Below are positions 25,043 through 35,609 of a stretch of 64,000 bases of DNA, in pieces. The stretch is taken from the NCBI GenBank assembly GCA_963708025.1, contig CAVPSB010000013.1, positions 352,001 through 416,000 of the forward strand, in the 5' to 3' direction. Numbering within the stretch: position 1 is the stretch's first letter; every line of letters starts with the position of its first letter. The position numbers and the translations under genes were made by a program. The stretch is from an uncultured Candidatus Rokubacteria bacterium. Its GTDB lineage: Bacteria; Methylomirabilota; Methylomirabilia; Rokubacteriales; DASRDR01. The notes under the pieces are model-generated. The model did no database searches. It was not told the DNA's origin and was given only the letters and a program-made list of their open reading frames with translations.

Positions 25043-25140
25043 TCCACGCGGGCCTCGGGGCCTGCGACCCGGCGGGGAAGCGTCGAGCGGGCAGTGCTCA
25101 ACGCCGGAGACAGCTGGCTCGCCCCAGGAGGGGGAAGGCG

Positions 25141-25425
25141 CTACGAGTCCGGGAGACCCTCGAGACGTCGCGCGCCGGGGGTGAACGGTCAGGATCTCGA
25201 CCTCGTCTAGCTGCAGCCGATAGATCACCCGATCACCTCGCGGATGTCGTCTCGGCCCATCTCGGGAACCATTCAGCCCGAGCGCGGAAACTCCGACTGG
25301 CGGTCGGTCGCGCGAAACACACGCGCCGCCATGACCTCGGCGTACCGCGGCGCGTCGCGCGCAATGAAGAGGCAGATCGCGTCGAGGTCATCCAGAGCCT
25401 GGTCGGTCCAGGTTACGCGAGCCAC
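25141..25425 (-). pseudogene. RelE/ParE family toxin, inactivated
   Basis: MARVTWTDQALDDLDAI...FPRSG*MVPE (in-frame TGA), then a deletion/frameshift before IYRLQLDEVEILTVH. Confidence 0.8.
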
Positions 25426-25595
25426 CGGGCCATGCGCTGCCGAGCCTCGTCCTGGGAGACCTTCCGGCCGGCATCCGCCTGCGCGATCCCGCGCTCGATC
25501 TTGTCCAGGAGGTAGAGACGCTCCATCACGTCCGCGACCGTGACATCGTCCGGCAACTCCTGAACCAGCTTGACCAGATCGTCCTTGGTGCGCAC
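25413..25595 (-). CDS. Putative antitoxin (60 aa)
   Basis: AGGAGG RBS, GTG start; LPDDVTVADVMERLYLLDKIERGIAQADAGRKVSQDEA; overlaps the toxin start. Confidence 0.8.
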   Translation of the reverse strand: MRTKDDLVKLVQELPDDVTVADVMERLYLLDKIERGIAQADAGRKVSQDEARQRMARWLA

Positions 25596-25779
25596 AGGGC
25601 TCACCTCCTGCCGCCCTAGTCTACCATCGCGCTCCGGCACGAGCCTCGGGCCGCTCAGGGCAGGCCACGACCGGCTGGGAGCGCCACCGACGCCGCACCC
25701 TGGGACGACGGCGGGATGGCCGACGCGCGGGCTCCGTCGAGTAAGATACCTCCCGGAGGCTTCCCCTCCGGGAGGGCAC

Positions 25780-27717
25780 ATGCGAGCGGAGTGGCGCCGG
25801 CTGGCGCGCGTGGCCATCGCGATCGCGCTGGTGACGCTGGGCTGCGCCGATCTCCGGGAGATCACCGCCAGCCCGGAGGAGCTGCGGCGACAGCAGCAGG
25901 AGCGGGCGGAGACCGAGCGCCGCGGCCAGGGCGAGCAGGCGCGCGCGACGCTCGCCCGGAGCGCCGACCCGCGGGCGCGGGCGGAGGCGGCCCGGCAGCT
26001 CGGCACGCTCAAGGCCGCGGCGGCGGTCCCCGAGCTGACCGCCGCCCTGCGCGACCCGGACGCCGAGGTCCGGGCGGCCGCCGCGGACGCGCTCCGCGAG
26101 CTCGGCGAGCCGGCGCGCGAGGCGGGGCCGGCGCTGCGAGCGGCGATCGCGACGGAGCCCGACGGCCGGGCCATCGTCGCGATGGCGTGGGCGTTGATCG
26201 GGCTCAAGGTGGACGCCAAGGAGCTCGTCGCCCCCCTCCGGAAGGCGCTGCGGCACGACGAGCTCCGCACGCGGTTCTCGGCCGCCCTCGCCCTCGACGG
26301 CGACGTGGACCCGGCCGAGATCTTTCCCGTGTACCTCGAGGCCGTCGGCACACCGCTCGGCAAGGCCCAGCGCTCCGCCACCGATCCCGTCCAGCGCCTC
26401 GACCGGCTGATCAAGGCCAGGCACGACCGGCGCTTCGTCGCCCCGCTCCTCGACGCGCTCGAGCGCGGCAACCCCGGGCAGCGGGCGGCCGCCTGCCGCC
26501 TCCTCGCCGAGTACTTCGAGGGGTACCGCGTGGCCCAGGCCCTGCAGCGAAGGATGGAGGCGCCGCCCCCCACGGTCCTGCCGGCCATCGGCCGGCGGCT
26601 GCAGGACCCCGAGGCGGAGGTCCGGGCGGCAGCCGCCTACGCGCTGCGGGACGTCGGCCTCGCGGCGAAGAGCACCGGGCCGGCCCTGGTCACGGCGCTG
26701 CGGGATCCGGAGGAGCGGGTCCGCGCCGCCGCCGCGTCGGCCCTGGGCAGCCTCGGCGGCGACTACACCCCGACGCCGGGGGCCGTTCCCTCGCTGGCCG
26801 TCGCCCTCCGGGATTCGAGCCCCGACGTGCGGCAGAACGCGGCGCGGGCACTCGGCCAGATCGGCCCGGGGGCGAGGGACGCGGCCGCCGCGCTCACCGC
26901 GGCGGCCACCGACCCAAACGAGGACGTCCGCCGCGCCGCGACGACGGCCCTCGGAAACGTCAACAGCCCGGCCCGGCCGGGGACACCCGGCCCGCCGAGA
27001 GCGCCGGCCCCCGCGTCGGTGGCCGTCCTGACGGACACCCTCCGGGACCCCGACCCGCGCGTCCGGAGCAGCGCGATCGAGGCGCTGGGGCAGATCGGGC
27101 CCGGGGCCAAGGCGGCCGGCCCGTCGCTGGTCCCGCTGCTGCGCGATCCCGATCCGGGCGTCCGGCTCCAGACGGCGTGGACCCTCGGCAGCATCGGCAG
27201 CGACGGATCGCCGGTCCCGGGCTCGGTCCCCGGGCTCGCCGCCGCGCTCGCCGATCCCGACCCGCGGGTCCGCGCGGCGGGGGCCCAGTCGCTGGCGAGA
27301 GTCAAGGCGTCCGCCGGCGCGGCAGGCCCGGGCCTCGTCACCGCGCTCAGGGACCCCGAGCCCGAGGTCCGCCTCGCCGCGGCGTACGCGATCGGCGAGA
27401 TCCGCGCCGTCCCGCCGGGCGCGGTGCCGGCGCTGGTCCAGAAGCTCAGCGACCCCGAGCCGCGGATGCGGTCGACGGCCGCCGTCGCGCTGGGCCAGCT
27501 CGGGCCGGCGGCCAGGGACGCCGTCCCCGCCCTCGCCCAGGTGCTCCAGCGCGATCCGGACGCCAACGTGCGCCTCCCCGCCTGCGCGGCGCTCCGGGAG
27601 CTCGGACCGCTTGCGAAGGACGCGCTCCCGGCCATGCAGGCCGCGCTCCGGGACTCCTACCCGTACGTCCGGGAGTGCGCGCAGCTCGGCATCCAGCGGA
27701 TCGGCGGCGCGCGGTGA
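25780..27717 (+). CDS. HEAT/PBS-lyase repeat protein with lipoprotein signal
   Basis: TLGC lipobox-like motif; more than 10 repeats of LRDPDPxVRxxAAxALGxIG. Confidence 0.85.
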   Translation: MRAEWRRLARVAIAIALVTLGCADLREITASPEELRRQQQERAETERRGQGEQARATLARSADPRARAEAARQLGTLKAAAAVPELTAALRDPDAEVRAAAADALRELGEPAREAGPALRAAIATEPDGRAIVAMAWALIGLKVDAKELVAPLRKALRHDELRTRFSAALALDGDVDPAEIFPVYLEAVGTPLGKAQRSATDPVQRLDRLIKARHDRRFVAPLLDALERGNPGQRAAACRLLAEYFEGYRVAQALQRRMEAPPPTVLPAIGRRLQDPEAEVRAAAAYALRDVGLAAKSTGPALVTALRDPEERVRAAAASALGSLGGDYTPTPGAVPSLAVALRDSSPDVRQNAARALGQIGPGARDAAAALTAAATDPNEDVRRAATTALGNVNSPARPGTPGPPRAPAPASVAVLTDTLRDPDPRVRSSAIEALGQIGPGAKAAGPSLVPLLRDPDPGVRLQTAWTLGSIGSDGSPVPGSVPGLAAALADPDPRVRAAGAQSLARVKASAGAAGPGLVTALRDPEPEVRLAAAYAIGEIRAVPPGAVPALVQKLSDPEPRMRSTAAVALGQLGPAARDAVPALAQVLQRDPDANVRLPACAALRELGPLAKDALPAMQAALRDSYPYVRECAQLGIQRIGGAR

Positions 27718-27773
27718 CGCGGCCACCGTCTCGGTAGCCGCGCCCTGCCCCGCGGCCCGGCGCCCGCGTCGCG

Positions 27774-29024
27774 GTGATCGGCCCCCGGCCGTTCTACGGC
27801 TGGTGGATCGTGGCCGCCGGCTTCGGCCTCGAGGCCCTGATCGGCGCGCTCATGTTCCACGCCTACGGCGCCTACGCGGTGCTCCTCCGCGAGGAGTTCG
27901 GCTGGAGCAAGACGCTGCTCTCGGCGGCGTTCTCGATGGCCCGGGCGGAGAGCGGGATCCTCGGGCCCGTCCAGGGCTGGCTCACCGACCGGCTGGGTCC
28001 CCGGATCCTGATCCGCGTGGGGATGACGATCTTCGGGGCCGGCTTCATGCTGTTCAGCCAGATCGGCTCGCCGCCCGCCTTCTTCGTGGCCTTCTTCATG
28101 ATGGCGCTCGGCTCGAGTCTCGGGGGCTTCCTCCCGATCGGCGTCGCGATCGTCACCTGGTTCCGGCGACGCCGGGCGCTCGCCCTCGGCATCAGCGCGA
28201 CCGGGATGGCGGTGGGCGGGCTCCTGACCCCCCTCGTCGTCATCGCGCTCACCCGGCTGGGCTGGCGGTGGACCGCGTTCCTCTCGGGCGTCCTCGTGCT
28301 CGCCGTGGGCCTGCCCCTGGCCCAGCTCGTCCGCCACCGCCCCGAGGTCTACGGCCTTCGCCCCGACGGCGACCCGCCGGAGGGCCGGCGGGATCCCGCC
28401 ACGCCGGCCGGGGGCCGGGACGGCCGGGACTTCACCGCGCGCGAGGCCATCCGGACCCCGACGTTCTGGTACGTCGCGCTCGGGCACGGCTCGGCACTGC
28501 TCGTCGTCTCGGCCGTGCTCGTCCACATGGCCATCCACGTGACGGAGCGCCTGGGCTTCTCGCTGGCCCAGGCCGCCTCGGTCGTGGCCCTGATGACCAT
28601 GATGCAGGTGGCCGGTCACATCGGCGGCGGGTGGGCCGGCGATCGCTACAACAAGCGGGCGATGGCGGCCGGCTGCATGCTGGGGCACGCCGGCGGGCTC
28701 CTGATGCTCGCCTTCGCGTCGGCGTACTGGATGGTCCTGGGGTTCGCGGTGCTCCACGGGCTGGCATGGGGCGTCCGGGGGCCACTCATGTCCGCGATCC
28801 GCGCGGACTACTTCGGGAGCACGTCGTTCGGGACGATCACCGGGGTGTCGTCGATGGTCGTGATGTTCGGGATGATGGGGGGGCCGCTCGTCGCCGGGGT
28901 GCTGGCCGACCGTACCGGGAGCTACGTGCTCGGCTTCTCGATCCTGGCCGCGCTGGCCGCGACCGGCTCGGTCTTCTTCCTGCTCGCCCGGCGCCCGCGC
29001 CGACCGGCGGCCGAGCGCGCCTGA
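27774..29024 (+). CDS. MFS transporter
   Basis: FYGWWIV, GWLTDRLGPR, WFRRRRALA, about 12 TM helices. Confidence 0.9.
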   Translation: MIGPRPFYGWWIVAAGFGLEALIGALMFHAYGAYAVLLREEFGWSKTLLSAAFSMARAESGILGPVQGWLTDRLGPRILIRVGMTIFGAGFMLFSQIGSPPAFFVAFFMMALGSSLGGFLPIGVAIVTWFRRRRALALGISATGMAVGGLLTPLVVIALTRLGWRWTAFLSGVLVLAVGLPLAQLVRHRPEVYGLRPDGDPPEGRRDPATPAGGRDGRDFTAREAIRTPTFWYVALGHGSALLVVSAVLVHMAIHVTERLGFSLAQAASVVALMTMMQVAGHIGGGWAGDRYNKRAMAAGCMLGHAGGLLMLAFASAYWMVLGFAVLHGLAWGVRGPLMSAIRADYFGSTSFGTITGVSSMVVMFGMMGGPLVAGVLADRTGSYVLGFSILAALAATGSVFFLLARRPRRPAAERA

Positions 29025-29038
29025 CCCGGCAACGCCGG

Positions 29039-29956
29039 TCAGTCCTTGAGGCCGGACAGCGCGATGCCCCGGATGAACGCGCGCTGGAACAGGAAGAAGA
29101 GGAGCGTCAGCGGGATCATGGCGATCGCCGAGATCGCCATGACCTCGTTGTACGTCGTCACGTACTCCTCCTGGAAGCGCTGGAGGCCGATGGGCACGGT
29201 GCGCAGGCGGTCCTCGGTGATGATGATGAACGGCCACACGAAGGCGTCCCACGTCTCGCGCCAGGTGAAGATGGCCAGGGTCAGCACCGCGGGCCAGGAG
29301 AGCGGCATCACGATCCGGAAGTAGATGCGGAGCTCGCCGGCCCCGTCGATCCGCGCGGCCTCGATCAGCGAGTCCGGGAGGTGCAGCAGGAACTGCCGCA
29401 TCAGGAAGATGCCGAACGCGTCGGCCACCACCGGGACGATCAGGCCCTGGTAGGTGTTCAGCCAGCCGAGATCCTTGACGATCAGGAACGTGGGGACCAT
29501 CAGCACCTCGAGGGGCAGCATCAGGGTGCTGAGGATGGCGATGAACAGGGCCCGCTGGCCGAAGAACCGGTACTTGGCCAGGCTGTAGCCGGCGAACCCG
29601 GCCAGCAGCACGTTGAGGAGCGTGACCGTGATCGACACGATGAAGCTGTTGAGGAAGTAGCGGCCGAAGTCGAAGCGGTTCCACGCCGTCGGGTAGTTGT
29701 CCCACTTCGGCGGCCGGGGCAGCCACTGGATGGGCAGCTCGAACACCCGGTTCAGCGGCTTCAGCGAGGTCAACACCATCCAGAAGACGGGCATCAGCAT
29801 CACGATGCCGCCGGCCAGGACCACCAGGAAGCCGAGCCAGTAGAGCGCCCGGGTCCCGACGATCCGCCGGCTACGTGTCCGTCCGGGTATCTCGTGTCGC
29901 GAGCCGGGCGACGTCAGCAACGAAGAGCCTCCGAGCGGCGGCTTCGCCGCCGCCAC
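29039..29956 (-). CDS. Carbohydrate ABC transporter permease (MalG type); start uncertain
   Basis: EAA loop LPDSLIEAARIDGAGE. Confidence 0.9.
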   Translation of the reverse strand: MAAAKPPLGGSSLLTSPGSRHEIPGRTRSRRIVGTRALYWLGFLVVLAGGIVMLMPVFWMVLTSLKPLNRVFELPIQWLPRPPKWDNYPTAWNRFDFGRYFLNSFIVSITVTLLNVLLAGFAGYSLAKYRFFGQRALFIAILSTLMLPLEVLMVPTFLIVKDLGWLNTYQGLIVPVVADAFGIFLMRQFLLHLPDSLIEAARIDGAGELRIYFRIVMPLSWPAVLTLAIFTWRETWDAFVWPFIIITEDRLRTVPIGLQRFQEEYVTTYNEVMAISAIAMIPLTLLFFLFQRAFIRGIALSGLKD

Positions 29957-29960
29957 GACG

Positions 29961-29998
29961 GGGGGGCATCGGGGGGGTCTTCCGAGACCCCTCCGAAG
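29961..29998. repeat. Family C hairpin repeat
   Basis: GGGGCATCGGGGGGGTCTTCCGAGACCCC, matching 11212-11240. Confidence 0.75.
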
Positions 29999-30001
29999 GA
30001 T

Positions 30002-30962
30002 CTAGCCACGGCGCTCCTCCCGGAACAGCCCGAGCTGGATGAGGGTGAACACCATGGTGCCCAGCAGGAGGAAGATCGACGCCGCGGTGGCCAGGCCCAT
30101 CTTGAAGAACTGGAAGCCGGTCTGGTAGATGAACAGCGACAGCACCCGGGTGGCGCCGTCGGGGCCGCCGCCGGAGACGATCAGCACGTTGGTGAACACC
30201 TTGGACATCAGGATGATCGACACGACCACCACCAGGAGGATCGTCGGCCGCAGCAGCGGGAGGGTGATGAACCGGAAGCGCTGCCACCGGCCGGCGCCGT
30301 CGATCGAGGCCGCCTCCAGGTACTCCTCCGGGATGCTCTGCAGCCCGGCCAGGTAGAGGATCATGAAGTACGGCACGAAGCGCCACTCGGCGGCCAGGAT
30401 GAAGCCGGGCATGGTGGCCCGGCTGTTGGCCAGCCAGTCGAACGGCCGGCATCCCCAGCGTCTGCAAGCCCACGTTCAGCAGGCCGTAGGGGTGGAACAT
30501 GAAGCGCCACACCGTGGCGTACACGACCACCGGCATGATGGCCGGGATGAAGTACATCACGCGCAGGAAGTGCCGGGCCGGCAGCGCGGTGTTGAAGACC
30601 AGGGCCAGCCCGAGCGAGAGGAACCAGAGCGGGATGCAGGTGCCGAACACGTAGTAGACCGTCGCCCCCACCGACTGGTGGAACAGCGGATCGTGGATCA
30701 GCGTCGCGTAGTTCCGGAAGCCGACGAACCTCGGCGGGCTCAGCAGGTCGTAGCTGGTGAGGCTCAGGTAGAAGGCGCGGAACATCGGCAGGAACTTGAA
30801 CACCACCAGCAGCAGGAACATCGGCATCAGGAAGAAGTAGCCCCAGAGCTGGTGCCGCCCCTGGCGGGATCGCAGGAAGGCCAGCGACGGGCTCCCCCGC
30901 CGGCGCCCCTTCAGTCCGGCCTCGGCGGGGATGGTCGGCGCGGGGGCGTCCACGACCGTCAC
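30002..30962 (-). CDS. Carbohydrate ABC transporter permease (MalF type); frameshift near 30445
   Basis: FVGFRNY; LAGLQSIPEEYLEAASIDGA. Confidence 0.9.
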
Positions 30963-32176
30963 AGCAGCAAGCGGTCCTCGTAGTCGATCCGCGACAGCAC
31001 CCGCGGCGCCCCCTCGGTCACCAGGACCATGTCCTCGATGCGCACGCCGGCGCCGCCCTCCACGCCCGGGACCCACACCAGCGGCTCGATCGCGAAGACC
31101 ATGTTCGGCTTCAGCTCGTACACCGAGGCCCCGTGCATCGTCTCCCCGATGTATGGGGGCTCGTTGGCGCCCATCCCGATCCCGTGGCCGATGAACAGGC
31201 TGAACAGGTGCTCCTGCAGGCCGAACTCGGCGATCTTCGCCACGATGGCGTTGGACACGTCCAGGTTGGTCCTCCCCGGCCGCATGGTCGCGATCCCCGC
31301 CTGCAGCCCCTGGAAGACCGCCGTGTAGACCTCCTTCTGCCGTCGCGACGGCTTGCCCACGACCGTCATCCGGCCGATGTCGGCGAAGTAGCCGTTCCAC
31401 ATGGCGCCGATGTCGATGAAGCACACGTCACGGTTGCGGATGAGCTTGTCGCTGCAGATCCGGTGGGGCGGCGACATGTGCTCCCCCGAGGCCACGAAGG
31501 GCGTGATGACGTGCGCCATCTCGCCGCCCAGGTAGTAGAGGGTCTGCATGGCGTCGCCGGCCACCTCGCACTCCCGCCGGCCTTCGCGGACCGAATCCAG
31601 CGCCCGGCGGGTGACGGCTTCGCCGATGGCGCACGACTCCTCGATGACCGCGACCTCCGCCGGCAGCTTGATCATCCGCGCCTGCTGCATGGCCGAGTCA
31701 CCGTCCACGAGCTCTACCCCGGGCAGGAGGCGACGGATCGACTCGATCAGGATCATCGTCGGCTGATCGACGCCGATCCGCGCGCTGGAAAGCCGGTGCC
31801 GCGCCAGCGCCGGCGTCAGCACCGAGGTGACGAAGCCCTCGACCAGCCCGCGCTCTTCCATGATCGGGATGGCGTGCACTTCCGCCAGCCAGGGCATCTT
31901 GGCCAGCGCCCGATCGCGCTCTCCGCCCGAGCAGAGCAGGATGGGCTCGGCCTCGCGCGGGAACAGCACGCCGTTGAGCGAGCTGCTCTTCCCGGCGATC
32001 AGCTGCGCCCGCAGACCGGTCAGGTAGCGGACGTTCTCGTCCTTCCAGACCAGGAGGGCGTCCAGCTCCTGCGCGACCATCCGGGCGCGCGCCTTCTCGA
32101 CGCGCTGGCGGCGGAGCTCGGCGTAGTCCACGCGCGCTTCGTAGTCAACGTCGAACGGGCCCAGTGCGTAGCTCAT
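30959..32176 (-). CDS. M24 family metallopeptidase (Xaa-Pro-like)
   Basis: Creatinase-like N-domain; metal ligands in IDIG..YFAD, GHGIG, IEP, RIED. Confidence 0.88.
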   Translation of the reverse strand: MSYALGPFDVDYEARVDYAELRRQRVEKARARMVAQELDALLVWKDENVRYLTGLRAQLIAGKSSSLNGVLFPREAEPILLCSGGERDRALAKMPWLAEVHAIPIMEERGLVEGFVTSVLTPALARHRLSSARIGVDQPTMILIESIRRLLPGVELVDGDSAMQQARMIKLPAEVAVIEESCAIGEAVTRRALDSVREGRRECEVAGDAMQTLYYLGGEMAHVITPFVASGEHMSPPHRICSDKLIRNRDVCFIDIGAMWNGYFADIGRMTVVGKPSRRQKEVYTAVFQGLQAGIATMRPGRTNLDVSNAIVAKIAEFGLQEHLFSLFIGHGIGMGANEPPYIGETMHGASVYELKPNMVFAIEPLVWVPGVEGGAGVRIEDMVLVTEGAPRVLSRIDYEDRLLL

Positions 32177-32227
32177 GGTTCAGCCTGACCTCTCGTCGGT
32201 CGCGTGACGTGGCGGGGCCGGAATGGC

Positions 32228-33450
<1,223 letters not shown>

Positions 33451-33465
33451 CAACGGAGACAGTTG

Positions 33466-33508
33466 CTCACCCTGGCCCTCTCCCCCCGGTGGGGGGAGGG
33501 AACAGGAG
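33466..33508 (+). repeat. Right part of the family B repeat interrupted by IS110
   Basis: CTCACCCTGGCCCTCTCCCCCGGTGGGGGGAGGGAACAGGAG. Confidence 0.85.
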
Positions 33509-33519
33509 ACCAGCCTAGT

Positions 33520-34515
33520 CTAGTAGGTCACCTCGATCAGCCGGCCCTCCCGGGCGGAGCGGATCACGGCCTCCACCAACTGGGCGCTGCGCAGGCCGTC
33601 CAGGCCGGAGGGGTTCGGCTCGCGGCCCTGGCGGACGGCGTCGTTGAAGGCGGCCACGGTCCGCGTGAAGGCGTCCTTGCTGGTGTGCTGGCTCACCCGC
33701 TCGCCCGCCTCGGTCAGAACCCGCAGCTCGCCGTCACGGAGGGGTCGCGTGCAACCGATCCCCAGGATCCGCCCCTGGGTGCCGTAGATGGCGATGTCCG
33801 GCTGGTGGTGGGGCACCTTCTGGTTGGCGTTGACGTAGGCCAGCGCGCCGCTCTGGAAGCGGAGGAGCGCGAGCACCATCACCTCCAGGTCGGCCGACCG
33901 GCCCACGTCGGTCATGGCCGTCACCTCCCGCACTTCCGAGCCCAGGAGGTAGCGCAGCAGGTCGTAGGGATGCACGGCGATGTTGTTGGTCGCCCCCACC
34001 CCGGCCAGCCCGGGATCGGTGCGCCAGCCCCGGAGGGGCGCCGCCCCCGCGCTGGCCTCGACCTGGACGAGGATCACCTCGCCGATGGCCCGCTCGTCGA
34101 GCAGGCGCTTCGCCTCGACGAAGGCCGTGTGATGACGGGTCTGGAAGTTCGTGCCCAGCCGGAGCCCGGCCCGGGCGAACGCCTCCACGACCCGCCGCGC
34201 CTCCGCCACCGTCAGCGCCAGCGGCTTGTCGCACAGCACGTGCTTGCCGGCGCCGGCGGCGGCCAGGGCCTGCTCGGCGTGGAGCGCGTTCGGCGTCGCG
34301 ATGTAGACGATGTCGACCGCGCGGTCGGCGAGCATCTCCTGGTAGTCCGTGTAGGCCCGCCGGGCGCCGTGCTTGGCGGCGAAGGCGTCCGCCCGCCCCC
34401 GGTCGCGGCTGACCGCGGCGGCCAGGAAGCCCTCGCTGCCGAGCGCGTTGATCGCCGGCGCCATCGCGTTGCCGGCGATGCCGCCGGTGCCGATGATCCC
34501 CCAGCCCAGTGCCAC
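33520..34515 (-). CDS. Gfo/Idh/MocA family oxidoreductase
   Basis: WGIIGTGGIA, VYIATPNALH, GKHVLCDKP. Confidence 0.92.
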   Translation of the reverse strand: MALGWGIIGTGGIAGNAMAPAINALGSEGFLAAAVSRDRGRADAFAAKHGARRAYTDYQEMLADRAVDIVYIATPNALHAEQALAAAGAGKHVLCDKPLALTVAEARRVVEAFARAGLRLGTNFQTRHHTAFVEAKRLLDERAIGEVILVQVEASAGAAPLRGWRTDPGLAGVGATNNIAVHPYDLLRYLLGSEVREVTAMTDVGRSADLEVMVLALLRFQSGALAYVNANQKVPHHQPDIAIYGTQGRILGIGCTRPLRDGELRVLTEAGERVSQHTSKDAFTRTVAAFNDAVRQGREPNPSGLDGLRSAQLVEAVIRSAREGRLIEVTY

Positions 34516-34534
34516 GGTCGTCCTCCTGGTCTAA

Positions 34535-35521
34535 CTAAGGGACGAGCAGGACCTTGCCGGTGGTCTTCCGGCCCGCCAGCGCGGCCTGGGCGTCCGCCGC
34601 CCGCTCCAGCGGATAGACGTGATCGGTCTTCAGCCTGAGCTTGCCGTCGGCGACCCAGCCGAACACGACCCGCACCCGCTCCAGCAGTTTCTCCCGGCTC
34701 TCGATGTAGTCGAACACGGTCGGCCGGGTGACGAACTGGGAGCCGACCCGCCCCAGGCGGTTCAGGTCGAACGGCGGCACGCGGCCGGCGGTGAGGCCAT
34801 AGTAGATGAGCCACCCTCGGTGGGCCAGGCAGTTGAGGCTGCGCTCGAACGTCGTCCGGCCGATGTGATCGTACACGACCCGCACGCCCTCGCCACCCGT
34901 CAGCGCGCGGACCCGGACGTCGAAGTCCTCGTACGGGATCACCTCGTCGGCGGCGCCGAACTCGAGCGCCACCGCCCGCTTCGCCTCGGTGGAGGCGGTG
35001 CCGATGACCCAGGCCCCGCGCATCCGGGCCATCTGTCCCAGGAGCATCCCGCTGCCGCCGGCGGCGGCGTGGACGAGGCAGGTGTCTCCGGGCTGGACCG
35101 GATAGGCATCGTGCGTCATCGCGTGGCCGGTCACCCCCTGGTTGAAGCACGCCGCCGCCTGGCGGAAGCCGACGCTGGCCGGGAGCGGCACCGGCCAGTG
35201 CACGTCGACGTCCAGCACCGTGTGGGTGGCGTAGGAGCCGCATCCGCCGTTGTGGTCGCCCATCCAGGCGACGCGGTCGCCGGGCCGCAGGTCCGCGACC
35301 CCCGCCCCCACCGCCTCCACCACGCCGGCGCCTTCCTGACCCACGCCGACCGGCAGCGGCACCGGCCGGAACTGGCCGCTCCGCTGGTAGATGTCGTTGA
35401 AGTTCACGCCGGCCGCCTCGATCTTGACCCGGATCTGCCCGGGACCCGGCGACGGCGTCGGCCGCTCCTCCAGCGTCATCTTCTCGGGGCCGCCGTACTC
35501 GTAGAGCCGTACGACCTTCAG
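34535..35521 (-). CDS. Quinone oxidoreductase (zeta-crystallin/MDR family), paralog 1; CTG start
   Basis: AAGVNFNDIYQRSG, VHAAAGGSG, TTGKVLL. Confidence 0.9.
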   Translation of the reverse strand: MKVVRLYEYGGPEKMTLEERPTPSPGPGQIRVKIEAAGVNFNDIYQRSGQFRPVPLPVGVGQEGAGVVEAVGAGVADLRPGDRVAWMGDHNGGCGSYATHTVLDVDVHWPVPLPASVGFRQAAACFNQGVTGHAMTHDAYPVQPGDTCLVHAAAGGSGMLLGQMARMRGAWVIGTASTEAKRAVALEFGAADEVIPYEDFDVRVRALTGGEGVRVVYDHIGRTTFERSLNCLAHRGWLIYYGLTAGRVPPFDLNRLGRVGSQFVTRPTVFDYIESREKLLERVRVVFGWVADGKLRLKTDHVYPLERAADAQAALAGRKTTGKVLLVP

Positions 35522-35580
35522 TTCGGGACCTCCCTCCTACCCCCCCAGCCCCCCTCCCCCACCCACTGGGGGGAGGGGGG
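35521..35580 (-). repeat. Family A repeat, copy 2
   Basis: Reverse complement nearly identical to 9173-9234. Confidence 0.9.
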
Positions 35581-35609
35581 GGCCGGACGCGGTTGCTTCA
35601 TCAGCACGC

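Noticed and set aside
25273-25275. In-frame TGA in the toxin as selenocysteine or readthrough
   Set aside because: The position is normally Arg, and the gene has a second lesion.
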